A stretch of 64,000 nucleotides of DNA from Candidatus Latescibacterota bacterium (GCA_965116875.1 OZ220733.1:2688001-2752000); one strand, 5' to 3'. Counted from the stretch's first letter, positions 1 through 11,268 are shown. Notes: generated by a model not told the origin, from the letters alone. Program-made: numbers and translations.

Positions 1-33
1 CCGCCGGTCATCCTCACGCCAAAGGAAATTACC

Positions 34-1248
34 ATGAAAATCGCCGACATTGAAATCATCCCGATCTACCCGAAAATCGCGGCACGGAATGCCGATCAGA
101 AAACGCGCTTCATCAATCTGAACCACCGCACCATTTTCAAAATCACGACGGACAACGGTATCGTGGGGTACGGCGACGCGCGCTGCGAGGCGCCCGACAG
201 GTCCACCGTTGAACACGTTGTCGGGCGCGATCCCTTCGACTTCATCAACGCCAATCTCAATTCGGGCCTGATGGGGGCGCTGTACGACGCCATGGGCAAG
301 CATCTCGAAATACCGGCGTATAAACTCATGGGGCAGAGGATACGCGACCGGGTGCCCGTGGCGGCGTGGACCCGGCCCGCGTCGCCGGAAGACCTGGCCA
401 AAGACGTCCAGCGGGCGGTCGGCGAGGGATACATGATCTTCAAGATCCATACCTGCGCCCATTACGACGTCTTTGAGCAGAACCGAGCCGTGGAGGACGT
501 GGCGCCGCCGGGATTCAAGATGCACTACGACTTCAATCACAACCGGCCGCTGACCGCCGTTCTGCGAATCCTGAAGGAACTGGAAGACTCGCCCGTGATC
601 GGGATGATCGAGGACCCTCTCGTTCTTTCCGACGTGGAAGGGTGGCGCCTGCTGCGGCAGAAGACCAGCTTTCCGCTCCTGATGCACGTCCCGCAACTCG
701 GCGGGGGGCAGGAAATCATCCGGGGCTGCGCCGACGCCTACATGATCGGCGAGGGCGGAATCGGCCCCACCCTCGTACGCGGATTTGCCGCGGCCCTGGC
801 CAATGTCTCCTCGGTCATCCAGTTGACCGGCGGTACGCTGACCAAGGCGATGGCCCTGCACATGGGCGCCGTGATTCCGAACGTCGCTCATTGCACGAAC
901 CTGGACGACCAGTACGAGCAGGACGTTGTCAAGCAGCGGATCGAGGTAGCCGCCGGTTCGTCTCCCATACCGGAGGGTCCCGGCCTCGGCGTGGAGGTCG
1001 ATGAAGACGCCCTGGCCGTATGCGCGGCCAACGAACCCACGGTTATCCCCACCACAATCGGCATCCTGCACCTGCCGGGCGGAAACAGGCTCTACACGAA
1101 GGGTTTCCCGAACGTGCCCCGCGTCACGGGGTTTCCCGAAGGCAATATCCGGGGCATCCGCCTGGAGGTGTGGGAAGACGACGGCACCGGGGCCTTTCAG
1201 GAGACGCTGCAACGGATCGAACGGAACGGCCCGTTCATGGAAAATTAG
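34..1248 (+). CDS. Mandelate racemase / muconate lactonizing enzyme family protein (enolase superfamily)
   Basis: 404 aa. N-terminal 'KITTDNGIVGYG', 'ALYDAMGK..IPAYKLMG', KxH motif (FKIH), metal-ligand region YDFN / IEDP, C-terminal 'PEGPGLGVEVD'. RBS aagga upstream. Confidence 0.9.
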   Translation: MKIADIEIIPIYPKIAARNADQKTRFINLNHRTIFKITTDNGIVGYGDARCEAPDRSTVEHVVGRDPFDFINANLNSGLMGALYDAMGKHLEIPAYKLMGQRIRDRVPVAAWTRPASPEDLAKDVQRAVGEGYMIFKIHTCAHYDVFEQNRAVEDVAPPGFKMHYDFNHNRPLTAVLRILKELEDSPVIGMIEDPLVLSDVEGWRLLRQKTSFPLLMHVPQLGGGQEIIRGCADAYMIGEGGIGPTLVRGFAAALANVSSVIQLTGGTLTKAMALHMGAVIPNVAHCTNLDDQYEQDVVKQRIEVAAGSSPIPEGPGLGVEVDEDALAVCAANEPTVIPTTIGILHLPGGNRLYTKGFPNVPRVTGFPEGNIRGIRLEVWEDDGTGAFQETLQRIERNGPFMEN

Positions 1249-1305
1249 AGTTTCGGCAATCGTCCTGTGGCGCGTTTCGCTGAATCGAATCGAACAGGAG
1301 ACGTC

Positions 1306-4019
1306 ATGCCTCTTCTCAACGTGGAAATCGCTCGCGAAAACGTGCGCCGTCATTCCTGGGCGCAGGCCATCGTCGAAGGCTGGAAGCAGGAGGTCGACTA
1401 CATCATCGGCAGAGACCGGGATTTCGTAGAGGCGATGATGCCCGATCTCACGCCGTGGCCGGAGTACGGCCAGAACTGTCCCGTATGCGTGGACCGTCTC
1501 TCGTCCATGGGCGAGACAGGGATCTACGATTGGGATCCGGCCGACCCGGACCGGCTCGTCTGCAAATACTGCGAAACGGAGTACCCCAACGCCGATTATC
1601 CGGAGACCGGCAGTGTCACCGCGCCCCTCATGAACCAGACGTTCACCTTCTATCTCACCGAGGCGGAACGCGCGCACCCGGAAGACAGATCGGGTGAACA
1701 CGCGTTCAAATGGGTCCGCACGCCGGTGCATACAAGCTGGACCGGCGTCATTCGCGCGAAGAAGGGCCGCTGGTGCTTCGAAAAGATATCTCCTCTCGCC
1801 AAACTATACGCGCTCACAGGCGACGTCCAATACGCGCAGATGAGCGCGTGGATCATGGACTGCATGGCGCGGCGGTATCCCAACTGGCTGTTCCATTCCT
1901 ACGACGGCACCGTCGCGGACTGTCCTCCGGCAGAGGCCGCGGCATCCATGGGCAGATATCCACCCGCGGGCCGATTCCCCGTAGAGACCATCATCTCCGC
2001 CTTCGACGGGCGGCACCGTGTGGGTGACCACGCCGTCCTCAACAACGGCTTCTGGGGCGCCGGTCGCTTCGGGTGCAGCGGGTCCGACGGGTGGTTCCTT
2101 CTCTCGATCGTACACGCCTACGAACTGGTCAGGAGCGCCCGGAAAGCGGACGGTTCACCCGTCATCACGCCGGAAATGGACCGGCGCATCGTGGACGACC
2201 TCATCCTGGCGGGCTGCGCAGACACCGAAAACTGGAACGACATCAACAACAAATGCGGTCCCGGCCGCGCGCTCAGCGCCGCCGTGGGTATTTTGTTCGG
2301 GAAGCCGGAAAGCGTGCGCCGCGCGGTCGAGGGGTTCGAATTGTTGATGGACGACGCCTTCCATTTCGACGGCTTCTGCACGGAGTCGCCGAGTTATTCG
2401 GCCATGCACCTCAACCAGTTGCGAGAGATTCCGGAACTGCTCGATGGGTACTCCGATCCGGACGGGTACGAACCGGAGACTGGCGCGGCCATAAAGAACC
2501 TGGATCCATTCCGGCATTTCGACCGCTACCGTCTGGCGCTGAAAGCATGGTCCGCATGCTGGACCCGAACCTGCAGGAACCGGTCATTGGAGACTCCAGG
2601 GAAGGCCGGAGCATCGAACCCGTCTACGCCGAGATTCTGGCGGCCCATTACGGCAGCCGCTACGCCGGTCTGCTGGAAGACGCTCAGGGGGCGCCGCTGG
2701 CGGAGAAAGGGGACGAATACGCCCTCTGGCATCGCGACCCCGATCTGAAGGCGGACGACGACACCGGCCTGCCGCACCGTACGGAATGGTTTCCGGGATG
2801 GCACGTTGGCGTCCTTCGAGCGGGAAATCCGCGGGGGCATACCGCTTTTTATCTGAACGGCTACGCGTACGGCGGCCATCGCCACCGGGATACCCTGGGC
2901 ATCATCTATATCGCCCATGGCCGGGAGATGGCGGCCGACAGGGGATATATCTGGGACGATCCCAGAAACGCCTGGACCGGCAGCACGCTCGCCCACAACA
3001 TCGTCACCGTGGACGGCCGGAGCCAGGCCGGCGACAACCGGCCCGCCGCGCTGGAGTTGTTCGGTACAGGCGCGGGCGTTGAAGTCGTGCAGGCATCCGC
3101 CGCGCCGTACGAGCAGTGCGATCTGTACCGGCGCACCTGTGTGCTGATCCAGGTCCCGGGCGATCAGACCTACGCTGTCGACCTGTTCCGGGTTGCCGGG
3201 GGCGGCCTTCACCAGTACGGCTTTCACAGCAACGGCCGGCTTACGGACATTTTCGGCGCCGCCCCGGAACCTGTCGACGATCGCATCGAATGGCTGTCCG
3301 ATATCCGCGCAGCCCGGCCACGGGGTCCGTTCACCGCGACCTGGGACAACAATGGCGTGGGTATTGACCTCACCCTGCTCAACCCCGTCGATCGCCTGCT
3401 GCTCGTGGATGCGCCGGGCTGGCGTTCGGACCTGGGGGAGGAACTCAACGCCCCGCCCGTGCAGCAGGTCCTGGCGGAACGTCGCGGCGATACGCACCTG
3501 AAGAGCGGGTTTGCCGCGGTCATTTCACCCTACACGGATCGATCGCCCGTCCTGTCGTCCCGACTCGTGCTGGATGATGCGGACACCGGCGCGATGGCGG
3601 TCGCCGTCTGTCGCGAGGGGTGTACGGACTACGTCTTCTCCGCGCCGGACGGCGGCATCCATGACTTCGGGCCGTTGTCCGTATCGGGCCGGTTCGCCTT
3701 TGCGTCCGTGGATGACGACGGTCGACTGCTGCGCGCATATCTGCTTTGCGGCGCCGAACTGTGCTGCAACGGCCACGCGCTGGGCATCGACAGGGCGGAG
3801 GTTGGGCTTGAAGTCGCCCGCGTCACCGACCGCACCTGCCACACGCGAAACGCAGTGCCGGACCCCGATACCCTTCCGGGCACGTATCTGCTGTGCGGCG
3901 ATACCGGGTACGAAATCGAGGACGCCACCGAAGGTTCCATCACCGTCCGGGATTACCCCGCCACAGAATGTGACAGTATCACCCTTCTCAAAGCCGTTGA
4001 GTTTGTAGCGGGGGAATGA
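1306..4019 (+). pseudogene. Heparinase II/III-family (oligo-alginate lyase-like) protein, split by a 1-nt frameshift at ~2541
   Basis: ORFs 1267..2748 and 2073..4019 join as ...DRYRLAL|ESMVRMLDP... if ctgaaagc is read as ctgGaaagc. Motifs DGFCTESPSYS, GGHRHRD, STLAHNIVTVDG. ATG 1306 follows aggag. May be a sequencing error. Confidence 0.8.
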
Positions 4020-4038
4020 ATACGCGACGGCCGTTTTC

Positions 4039-4066
4039 GTAGGGGCGACCGGCCGGTCGCCCCTAC
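4039..4066. repeat. GTAG-type REP palindrome
   Basis: Perfect 28-bp palindrome gtaggggcgaccggccggtcgcccctac between convergent genes. It contains the stop codon (4063-4065) of the minus-strand gene. Confidence 0.85.
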
Positions 4067-4910
4067 AGGTCCACGAATCCCGATAATACCCGTTTCTGTC
4101 CCGCCACGTCCAGAATCCTGCGAATGACCAGGCTTTCCTTCCTGTCAATACCGGGTTTTTCGGATTCGAACAGGTCCAGCACGGCGCCGGCGGTGTTCAG
4201 AAAGATGCGGCCGGAGTCGACCTGGAAGTACCGCGTCGCTTTGGCTGTGGTTACCGAAGCCGCAAAGGGGGTACTCGAACCCGCATATACGTTCACGACC
4301 GCGGTTCGTCCTCCCGCGTAGTCCAGCAGCAATTGAGACTGTTTTCCCGCCCCGCGGCGCATCAGCCGGCGCACACCGGGCCCCATGCAGCTGACGGCCA
4401 GTTCGAGGGAATGGATCGCGTATTCTCCGAATGACCTGCCGCCGCCCCAGGTGACCATGTGCCGGACCTGCGTGCGCCCCGTCTCCTCCACGTAGTCCTG
4501 CACTTCGGTATACCGCAACGCTGAACTTGTCTGCATGGGCACCCATGTCTGTCCGCCAGTGCGAAAATGCGTCTGGCCGAACCCAGGTCCGGCGCGAAGG
4601 TCTTGTCCACGTACGTGGGCTTTCCGAAAGGAAATACCTGTTGGCACAGCTCCAGGTGCGTCTCGGGGGTGGACGGCGCAAGTACCATGAAGCAGTCCAC
4701 CGCCTCGTTCAACCCGGCCGCGTCGGGAAACCAGGGCACGCCGTTCGTCTCGGCCCACTTCCTGCCGGCTCTGGGACGCATCCCGGTGCACCCCGCCACC
4801 ACGAAACCCCTGTGCTTCAGTTCATTTCGCAGCAGTTTCAGGTAGACGTTGGCGTGGAAGTTCTCCAGATTGTCATCCACAAACCCGATCCGTTTCTCTC
4901 CATCTGTCAT
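4063..4910 (-). pseudogene. Gfo/Idh/MocA-family oxidoreductase, 1-nt frameshift at ~4543
   Basis: N-half MTDGEKRIGFVD...GKPTYVDKTFAP...ADRHG joins C-half VPMQTSSALRY...YAIHSLE if catgggtgccc had one more G. Confidence 0.8.
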
Positions 4911-4926
4911 CTGTTGATCCTCTCTT

Positions 4927-5961
4927 CTACGGCCACGCGGGCGCATCCGCGACGCGCACGATGCCGCCATTTTCGATGGACCGGTGCCAGGCGTCCAGCA
5001 CGGCCGTGGCGCGCCATCCGTCCAGCGCCGTCACAAAGGGCGCCCGGTCCTCGATGACGGCGTCGACAAAGCTGTTCACGCACGAAGGAAACGCCCCCAC
5101 CCATTTGTCGAACACCCTGTAGTTCAGCAGCGACCTCGGCCACTTGAATTTCTCCTCCGTGCTCATTTCGATCGCTTCGGCCTTCCGGTCCAGATTCACG
5201 TGGCCCCTCTCGCCGATCACCTGCATGAAGGAGTCCGGCATCGACGGATGGGTATTGGGGTAGATCCATGCCGATTCGAACGTGGCGACGGACCCGCCGT
5301 CGAACTTCACGAGTCCCTGCATCATGTCGTACGTATCGATCCCCCGGGCGGACAGCACCTTCTTGATCCCGTAGCCGTGGACTTCGACGGGACTTTGATC
5401 GAACCACCAGCAGATCAGGTCGATATCGTGCGCCGACAGGAACCAGGCGGGCGAGGACTTTGCGGACCACGGCAGCATCTCCGTCGGCACGGAGATGGGG
5501 TTGTTCTTGCGCGCGTAACCCATCAGCGGTCTGCCGATTTCCCCGTCGCGAATCATATTCCACGTGGCGTTGTACGGCGCCAGCCACCGGTGGTTGTACG
5601 AGACCTGCAGCTTCAATCCGGTGCGTTTCACGGTCTCCACGATTTCGGTGGCCTCTTCCAGGTCCGTCGTCATCGGTTTCTCCACGTGCACGTGACAACC
5701 CGCCTCCAGACATGCGATAACCGGCTCCCTGTGGGCCCAGTCCGGCGTGGCGATATAGACGATGTCCAGCGCCTCCTTCTCCAGCATCTCGTGATAATCG
5801 ACATACCCCGCGGAGACCGAAAACTCGTCCTGCGCCCTGCTCAGCTTTTCCGTGTCCAGCGTACAGAAAGCCGCCAGCTCGACCAGCGGATTCCTGTGCA
5901 GGACCTGCGTCACGCTGCCGCCCATAATGCCGAGGCCGATCACACCCACGCGCTGCGTCAT
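4927..5961 (-). CDS. Gfo/Idh/MocA-family oxidoreductase
   Basis: GVIGLGIMG Rossmann motif, IATPDWAH, HVHVEKPM, HDID. Confidence 0.92.
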   Translation of the reverse strand: MTQRVGVIGLGIMGGSVTQVLHRNPLVELAAFCTLDTEKLSRAQDEFSVSAGYVDYHEMLEKEALDIVYIATPDWAHREPVIACLEAGCHVHVEKPMTTDLEEATEIVETVKRTGLKLQVSYNHRWLAPYNATWNMIRDGEIGRPLMGYARKNNPISVPTEMLPWSAKSSPAWFLSAHDIDLICWWFDQSPVEVHGYGIKKVLSARGIDTYDMMQGLVKFDGGSVATFESAWIYPNTHPSMPDSFMQVIGERGHVNLDRKAEAIEMSTEEKFKWPRSLLNYRVFDKWVGAFPSCVNSFVDAVIEDRAPFVTALDGWRATAVLDAWHRSIENGGIVRVADAPAWP

Positions 5962-6043
5962 CTGCTTTCCTCCTTAACACCGAATTGTGTGTCGTTTCGA
6001 ATAAACGGGTAAATGGAATGCAACTTCAGGAGGATCGTTGCCG

Positions 6044-9000
6044 TCAAAGCGTCGCGAAAACCAATGGTCGTGCGACACACGAATCCCCCGGTCCCAGATC
6101 GTAGATCACCGGCATGTCGTCCGGCGCGCCGGGCCATGGAATCCCATCCCGCAGGACGAACCTGTGCCCGCCCTCCTCGCGGGGTATCACCCGGTCGATT
6201 GTGTGGAGCCGCTCCCTATATGCCAGCCTGGCGCCCTTGAGGTAATGGCATCCGGAATCTTCCGTATCCTCCCATTCCCGGTGAATCCAGGTCCGGGTCA
6301 GCAGGCCGTCCTCCGTCTCCGCTTCCACCACGAACCTTCCGATGTGCAGTCGTTCCGCGTCCAGCGAACACAGCCATCCGTCGCCCGACGCTTCGACTGA
6401 TCTGATGGGGAAGTTGCATTCGTGGGGCGGGTTCGACGCCATCAGGGTCTCCCCAGCCGGGGGGGCTCCGCCAGTGTCCGAAGTCACCGTCACCCGGCAG
6501 TTGTCCGCGTCGACTCCCGTAATCCGACCGCGCCACGTACCGGTTCCCTCCACCTCCACGTTTTCCCATGCCAAGCGCCGTCCCGCCAGGCAGGCCCATA
6601 GAGGACGGTCGTTCGCATCCAGGTTCAATACCCCGAATCCGCCGTCCAGTTCAAGGCCGTCTTCGAAAACCGATCTCCCTTCGTCCGACAGCGCGCTCAG
6701 CAGATAACATGTCCCACCGTGCCAGGAGATCTCCAGTCCGATCGCGTCCTCGCCTTCGGCCACGTCCAGGCGTCTGACGCCCGTCAACCCCGGGTGTTGC
6801 CGATAGGCTTCGCATACAACGGCGAACAGGCTGTTCAGGTCGTCCTGCCGGCGGCCCGCGCGATTTCGCAAGAGGACGTAGTCCAGGTGCTCGGCCGCGC
6901 CCGGCTTGCTGGGCGGCTTCCCGTGGGCCGTGATGACTTCCTGAGCGACGCCCTCCGGGACGATCATGCGCAGTCCCATTTCTTCGTCAAGCCAATCCGC
7001 CCGGAACTCGCCCGCCGGCTGCCCCCGCTTCACGTCATACAGATAGGAGAAGCCGCTGCCCCGGTACGAGTGATAACTGCGCTTTCCGTCCGTCCCCGGC
7101 TGCCCCGGCAGGCTGGCGTGCCGTTCCAGTTCGGGGTCGTCGTACAGCTTCCGGAACGGAACGGCCGGTCCCGCCAGCGTGCCGCCTTCCTGCGCCTGAG
7201 ACGCCGCGCCAGACGTTGAAAACGCCCCGTTGAACCCGTGGAACGAATAGTCGTGCGCCCAGCCGCCCCGGACGTGGAAGAGGTCCACGAGTACCTGCAG
7301 GTCCGGCGCCAGCTCCAATAGCGTAATCCCCCGGCGATACACGTCGGCCTCCAGGTAGGCCCGTGGCGCGGACAGTTCCACGTGCTGTACGTGAGGGACC
7401 GCTCCGAACCGTTCCAAACGGCCCTCGTCGGCCGTGTCCTGCCGGCTCTCGTTCACCACCACCGTGACGTGGCTGACGGTATTCTTCTCCCATACCGGCG
7501 GGTCCGGATGTTCGGCGGCGTGGGTGGGATAGCCCGTATCGGGCACCACCCGCTTGTTGCCCGCGATGACCTCCAGGTTCAGCCGGTCCCGATGCGCGTG
7601 GCCGGCGTTGGCGTGCCCGTACTGGAGCACCGCCGCCAACTGGTTTTCCGCCCGTCCGCTGCGCAGGATCACGAATCCCACCCCGCCGAGGTTGTCGCTC
7701 GTTTCCGGCCACCGCGGCAGGTCGCCCGCCGCGCGCTCCAGTTCGGCTTTTGTCAGCGGTACTTCGAACAGGTCGTCGTAACTTCTGAAGCCGCGTTCAC
7801 CGGTTACGCCTTCGTTCAAGAGCGCGCGCGCGTATTCCGGCCACCCGTACCCCCTGAAAAACCGCTGCAGCGACGAAACGTCCAGCATGGGGTAGGTGAC
7901 CCCGGCGCCCGTATCCGCGATCGATGGCATCATGCCGCCCCAGCACGCCAGCCGCCGGGACCAGTTGCCCAGCGAACGCACGTGTTCCCCGGGCAGCCGG
8001 CGCTTGCCCAGCCGCTTCAGCACCAGGTCCGTATCCAGCATATAGCGCGTCCAGCAGCCGGCCGAATAACCGATGGCCACCTCGAACGAGACACCGTCCC
8101 GGAAGAGGAAATTGTCCAGCGCGTGGTTCCATCCCTCCACCCCGTACGCCCAGACCGCCGTCGTTGGACCGCATCCCGTGAACGTCTCCAGTTTCCCGAT
8201 CGCCCAATCCGTAAATGCGTCATCGTCGATCACCACCAGCGCCTTCACCGCGGAGGCCTGGTGCAGCCCGTAGTTCCCCCGGATCTTTCCCTCCCAGATA
8301 TCCCGCACCGACTGACGAACCAGGTTGTCTTCCACGTGCTTGATCAATGTTGCGGGTTCTTTGTTCAGGAACCCGTGCACGTCACTTTCGGACTGCAATG
8401 CCGGAAACAGATTGTCGTACGCTTCGGCGTAGAGCCCGATATTGAACGACTCCTGAACGGCGTAGAGGAAGCGTCCCGTATATCCGACCTGATAATTCAG
8501 GCCGTACCAGGACTGCGCCGCGTGGTCCATGGCGGGAAAGAGCGCGGCCATCCTGTCCAGCAGGATCGCACCCTTGCGGCCGTACCGCGCATCGCCGGTG
8601 ATCAGATAAGCGCGTCCGAGGTCCTGCAGCGCAGGAATCAGCCGGTGCCAGAGGCTGTAGCAGTAATGCGCCACGAACCAGAACCGGGACCGCCCGTCCC
8701 CCGGGTCCCATCCCGTCCCGTCGTCCGGATAGTCGCCGGTAACCAGGGCCCGGTCTCCCGTGCGGTAATACGCCATGAAGTCGTTCGAGGGGTACTCCTC
8801 GCCGCCCACGGCGCACCTGATCTTCCAGGGACGGTTGAAGATATCCACCTGCCAGGGACCGCCGGGCGCCTGAAAAACCGCCTCGCCGTGGACCGGACAC
8901 CCGTCGAAAGACGGCAGAAACCCGCGGAATATGTCCGCCGAGGGCGGCAGGTCGCGAACGTACGCGTCGTCCAGTTTCGCCCAGACCTCCGCCCGGTCCA

Positions 9001-9100
9001 CGATCTCATCGGCGATCTTCCTCGCCGCCGGATACCGCTCCACGTGGTCCACCATCCTGCGGACCTCATCGTCCGTATGCAGCGTACGTCCGGTCTTCAT
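6044..9100 (-). CDS. Large heparinase II/III-family protein
   Basis: AYLITGDARY, RDGVSFE, GHAHRDRLN, DTGYP, NTVSHVTVVVN. Start placed at ATG 9100 (aaagga upstream); the ORF track extends to 9247. Confidence 0.82.
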   Translation of the reverse strand: MKTGRTLHTDDEVRRMVDHVERYPAARKIADEIVDRAEVWAKLDDAYVRDLPPSADIFRGFLPSFDGCPVHGEAVFQAPGGPWQVDIFNRPWKIRCAVGGEEYPSNDFMAYYRTGDRALVTGDYPDDGTGWDPGDGRSRFWFVAHYCYSLWHRLIPALQDLGRAYLITGDARYGRKGAILLDRMAALFPAMDHAAQSWYGLNYQVGYTGRFLYAVQESFNIGLYAEAYDNLFPALQSESDVHGFLNKEPATLIKHVEDNLVRQSVRDIWEGKIRGNYGLHQASAVKALVVIDDDAFTDWAIGKLETFTGCGPTTAVWAYGVEGWNHALDNFLFRDGVSFEVAIGYSAGCWTRYMLDTDLVLKRLGKRRLPGEHVRSLGNWSRRLACWGGMMPSIADTGAGVTYPMLDVSSLQRFFRGYGWPEYARALLNEGVTGERGFRSYDDLFEVPLTKAELERAAGDLPRWPETSDNLGGVGFVILRSGRAENQLAAVLQYGHANAGHAHRDRLNLEVIAGNKRVVPDTGYPTHAAEHPDPPVWEKNTVSHVTVVVNESRQDTADEGRLERFGAVPHVQHVELSAPRAYLEADVYRRGITLLELAPDLQVLVDLFHVRGGWAHDYSFHGFNGAFSTSGAASQAQEGGTLAGPAVPFRKLYDDPELERHASLPGQPGTDGKRSYHSYRGSGFSYLYDVKRGQPAGEFRADWLDEEMGLRMIVPEGVAQEVITAHGKPPSKPGAAEHLDYVLLRNRAGRRQDDLNSLFAVVCEAYRQHPGLTGVRRLDVAEGEDAIGLEISWHGGTCYLLSALSDEGRSVFEDGLELDGGFGVLNLDANDRPLWACLAGRRLAWENVEVEGTGTWRGRITGVDADNCRVTVTSDTGGAPPAGETLMASNPPHECNFPIRSVEASGDGWLCSLDAERLHIGRFVVEAETEDGLLTRTWIHREWEDTEDSGCHYLKGARLAYRERLHTIDRVIPREEGGHRFVLRDGIPWPGAPDDMPVIYDLGPGDSCVARPLVFATL

Positions 9101-9294
9101 TTCACGAATTCCTTTCATCCTCGCCGAAATCAACGTCGAATTCCGTAGCAGCAAAGTAATCAGGAAAATGCGAAAATGGAAAAGGAAAATCGGCCTGATT
9201 TGTGCGCCGGATTCAACCTGAAACCAAACCTGTCCAAAAGCGGTCAACTACGAAAGTCGCGAACAATATGGCTGGAAACCCGGCCAAAACACCC

Positions 9295-9325
9295 TTGTCA
9301 TTGACCTGTCTGGTGAGTATATAAT
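9295..9325 (+). promoter_or_regulatory. Possible sigma70 promoter upstream of the methylase operon
   Basis: ttgtca at 9295-9300 and tataat at 9320-9325. The 19-nt spacer is suboptimal. Confidence 0.3.
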
Positions 9326-9543
9326 CATACCCGCAGGCCACCGGAATCGTCCACATGAATAAAGGGTTTCCGCGGCGGCAACGTAACTTCCCTTAGCCTG
9401 CCAGTGCCATGCAGGCGAAATCGACCGTTTCGAAATCCATTTGCGAAGTTATTCTCGAGTTTTCTCCCCGTTCCCCGATTATTCTCTTTCCCGATACCGA
9501 TATTCCCTGCGAGTAAGTTTACTGAGCAGGTACAGGTAGAACG

Positions 9544-10473
9544 ATGAACGAACTCCAGGCGGACCTATTCAATCCAAAAGAGTTGGATGGGATTGGAATT
9601 TCTCCAATTCCGGCGGTGAACGTCGCCTCGGTGCCGCAGCGAAGCCCTTTGCGATATCCGGGCGGAAAAACCTGGCTGATCCCGCATATTCGCGCATGGC
9701 TTCGGGGGATCAAGCCGATGCCGCGACTGCTGATCGAACCGTTCGCCGGCGGCGGGACCGTTTCGCTGACTGCCGTAATGGAAAGGTTGGTCGACCGATG
9801 TCTCATGGCCGAACTCGACCATGATGTGGCTGCTTTTTGGCATGCGGCGTTGAAGTACGGTCCCGAGCTTTGCGCAAACGTAATGCGATTTGAGCCGACA
9901 CGGGACGCAGTAAACGCGCTTGCGAGTAAGCGTCCTCAAAAACCGCTGGAACATGGTTTTCGTACTCTCGTGTTGAACCGAACGCGCCGGGGCGGCATCC
10001 TCGCTCCCGGTGCGTCACTCAGCCGCGCGGGAGAAAACGGGAAGGGCGTGGCGTCCCGCTGGTACCCGGAGACGATCGTCAACCGCTTGTGGGCAATTGC
10101 GGATCACACCGACCGCATCGAATTCCGGGAAACGGACGGGATGCGCTTGCTGGAAGAATTCGTTGCCACTCGCGGTCGTGGTTCGGTGGCGAATTCCGCC
10201 GCTGTGGTTTTTGTAGACCCTCCGTACACTGCAGGAGGCAAGCGTGCGGGTAAACGCCTCTATGCCCAAAACGAGGTAGATCATCCGAAACTGTTCGAAT
10301 TGCTTGCCGATTGCGGTGCGGAATTCCTGATGACGTACGACCGGGCGCCGGAAATCGTAACCCTGAGCGAGAAACACGGTTTCCACGCGGTCCGGGTTAT
10401 GATGAAAAATACCCATCACGCCCGAATACCGGAACTGATCATTACACCAAAGCCGGTGTTCGCGGGTTCGTGA
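9544..10473 (+). CDS. DNA adenine methyltransferase (Dam / D12 class), apparently orphan
   Basis: SPLRYPGGKTWL, EPFAGGG (motif I), FVDPPY (motif IV). Confidence 0.92.
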   Translation: MNELQADLFNPKELDGIGISPIPAVNVASVPQRSPLRYPGGKTWLIPHIRAWLRGIKPMPRLLIEPFAGGGTVSLTAVMERLVDRCLMAELDHDVAAFWHAALKYGPELCANVMRFEPTRDAVNALASKRPQKPLEHGFRTLVLNRTRRGGILAPGASLSRAGENGKGVASRWYPETIVNRLWAIADHTDRIEFRETDGMRLLEEFVATRGRGSVANSAAVVFVDPPYTAGGKRAGKRLYAQNEVDHPKLFELLADCGAEFLMTYDRAPEIVTLSEKHGFHAVRVMMKNTHHARIPELIITPKPVFAGS

Positions 10474-10491
10474 CTTAACCCGATTCCCACC

Positions 10492-11268
10492 ATGAAAATC
10501 CTCATCACAGGCGCCACGGGCGTCATTGGCAGCAGGCTGGTCCCTGCGCTGGAGGTCGAACACGAACTTCGGCTGTTGAGCCGGCGTGATTTCCCGGACG
10601 ATTCCCGCTGGCGCCGGGTGGACGTGACGGATATCGACCAGGTCTGCGACGCCGCGGAAGGAATGGACATGGCCATCCACCTGGCCATCGCCACGGGACG
10701 GGAGGGCGACTACGAAGAGGACGTCTTCAACCGCCAGCGGATGGATATCAACGTCAAAGGCACCTACAACCTCTTCGAAGCCGCGCGACGTCACCGGCTG
10801 AAGCGGGTGATCTACACCAGCAGCCTGACCGTGGTCTGGGGCTATCCGCCGCCGCAATGGGTCGACGGCGACGCGCCCGCGAAACCCGTAGGGACCTACG
10901 CCCTTACCAAATACATGGGCGAGAAAATCGCTGAATACTACGCGGAACTGCACGGTATCTCCGCACTCTGCCTGCGCATCCCCAAACCGTTCGACGTCCA
11001 CGATACAAAGCTTGCGAATTCATCGATTCTGCCCCAGTGGCTCGCCTTCCCCGACCTCATCCGGGCCTACGAACTCGCCCTGACCGCACCCGACGTCGGC
11101 TACGAGATCGTCACCCTTGTCGGTGAAAGCAGCAGGCGCCGGTGGGACCTCGCCAGGGCGGAGCAAGTCCTCGGATACCGCCCCCGGTACCGGCTGGAAG
11201 ACATGGGGTACACCCTCCGCGACGAACCGGATTCCTACAACCGCCCCAATATCGTCACCCCGCCATGA
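10492..11268 (+). CDS. NAD-dependent epimerase/dehydratase (extended SDR)
   Basis: ITGATGVIG, YTSS, YALTK (YxxxK). Confidence 0.92.
   Translation: MKILITGATGVIGSRLVPALEVEHELRLLSRRDFPDDSRWRRVDVTDIDQVCDAAEGMDMAIHLAIATGREGDYEEDVFNRQRMDINVKGTYNLFEAARRHRLKRVIYTSSLTVVWGYPPPQWVDGDAPAKPVGTYALTKYMGEKIAEYYAELHGISALCLRIPKPFDVHDTKLANSSILPQWLAFPDLIRAYELALTAPDVGYEIVTLVGESSRRRWDLARAEQVLGYRPRYRLEDMGYTLRDEPDSYNRPNIVTPP

Noticed and set aside
2535-2550. Programmed ribosomal frameshift
   Set aside because: No slippery heptamer or stimulatory structure. A single missing G explains the break.
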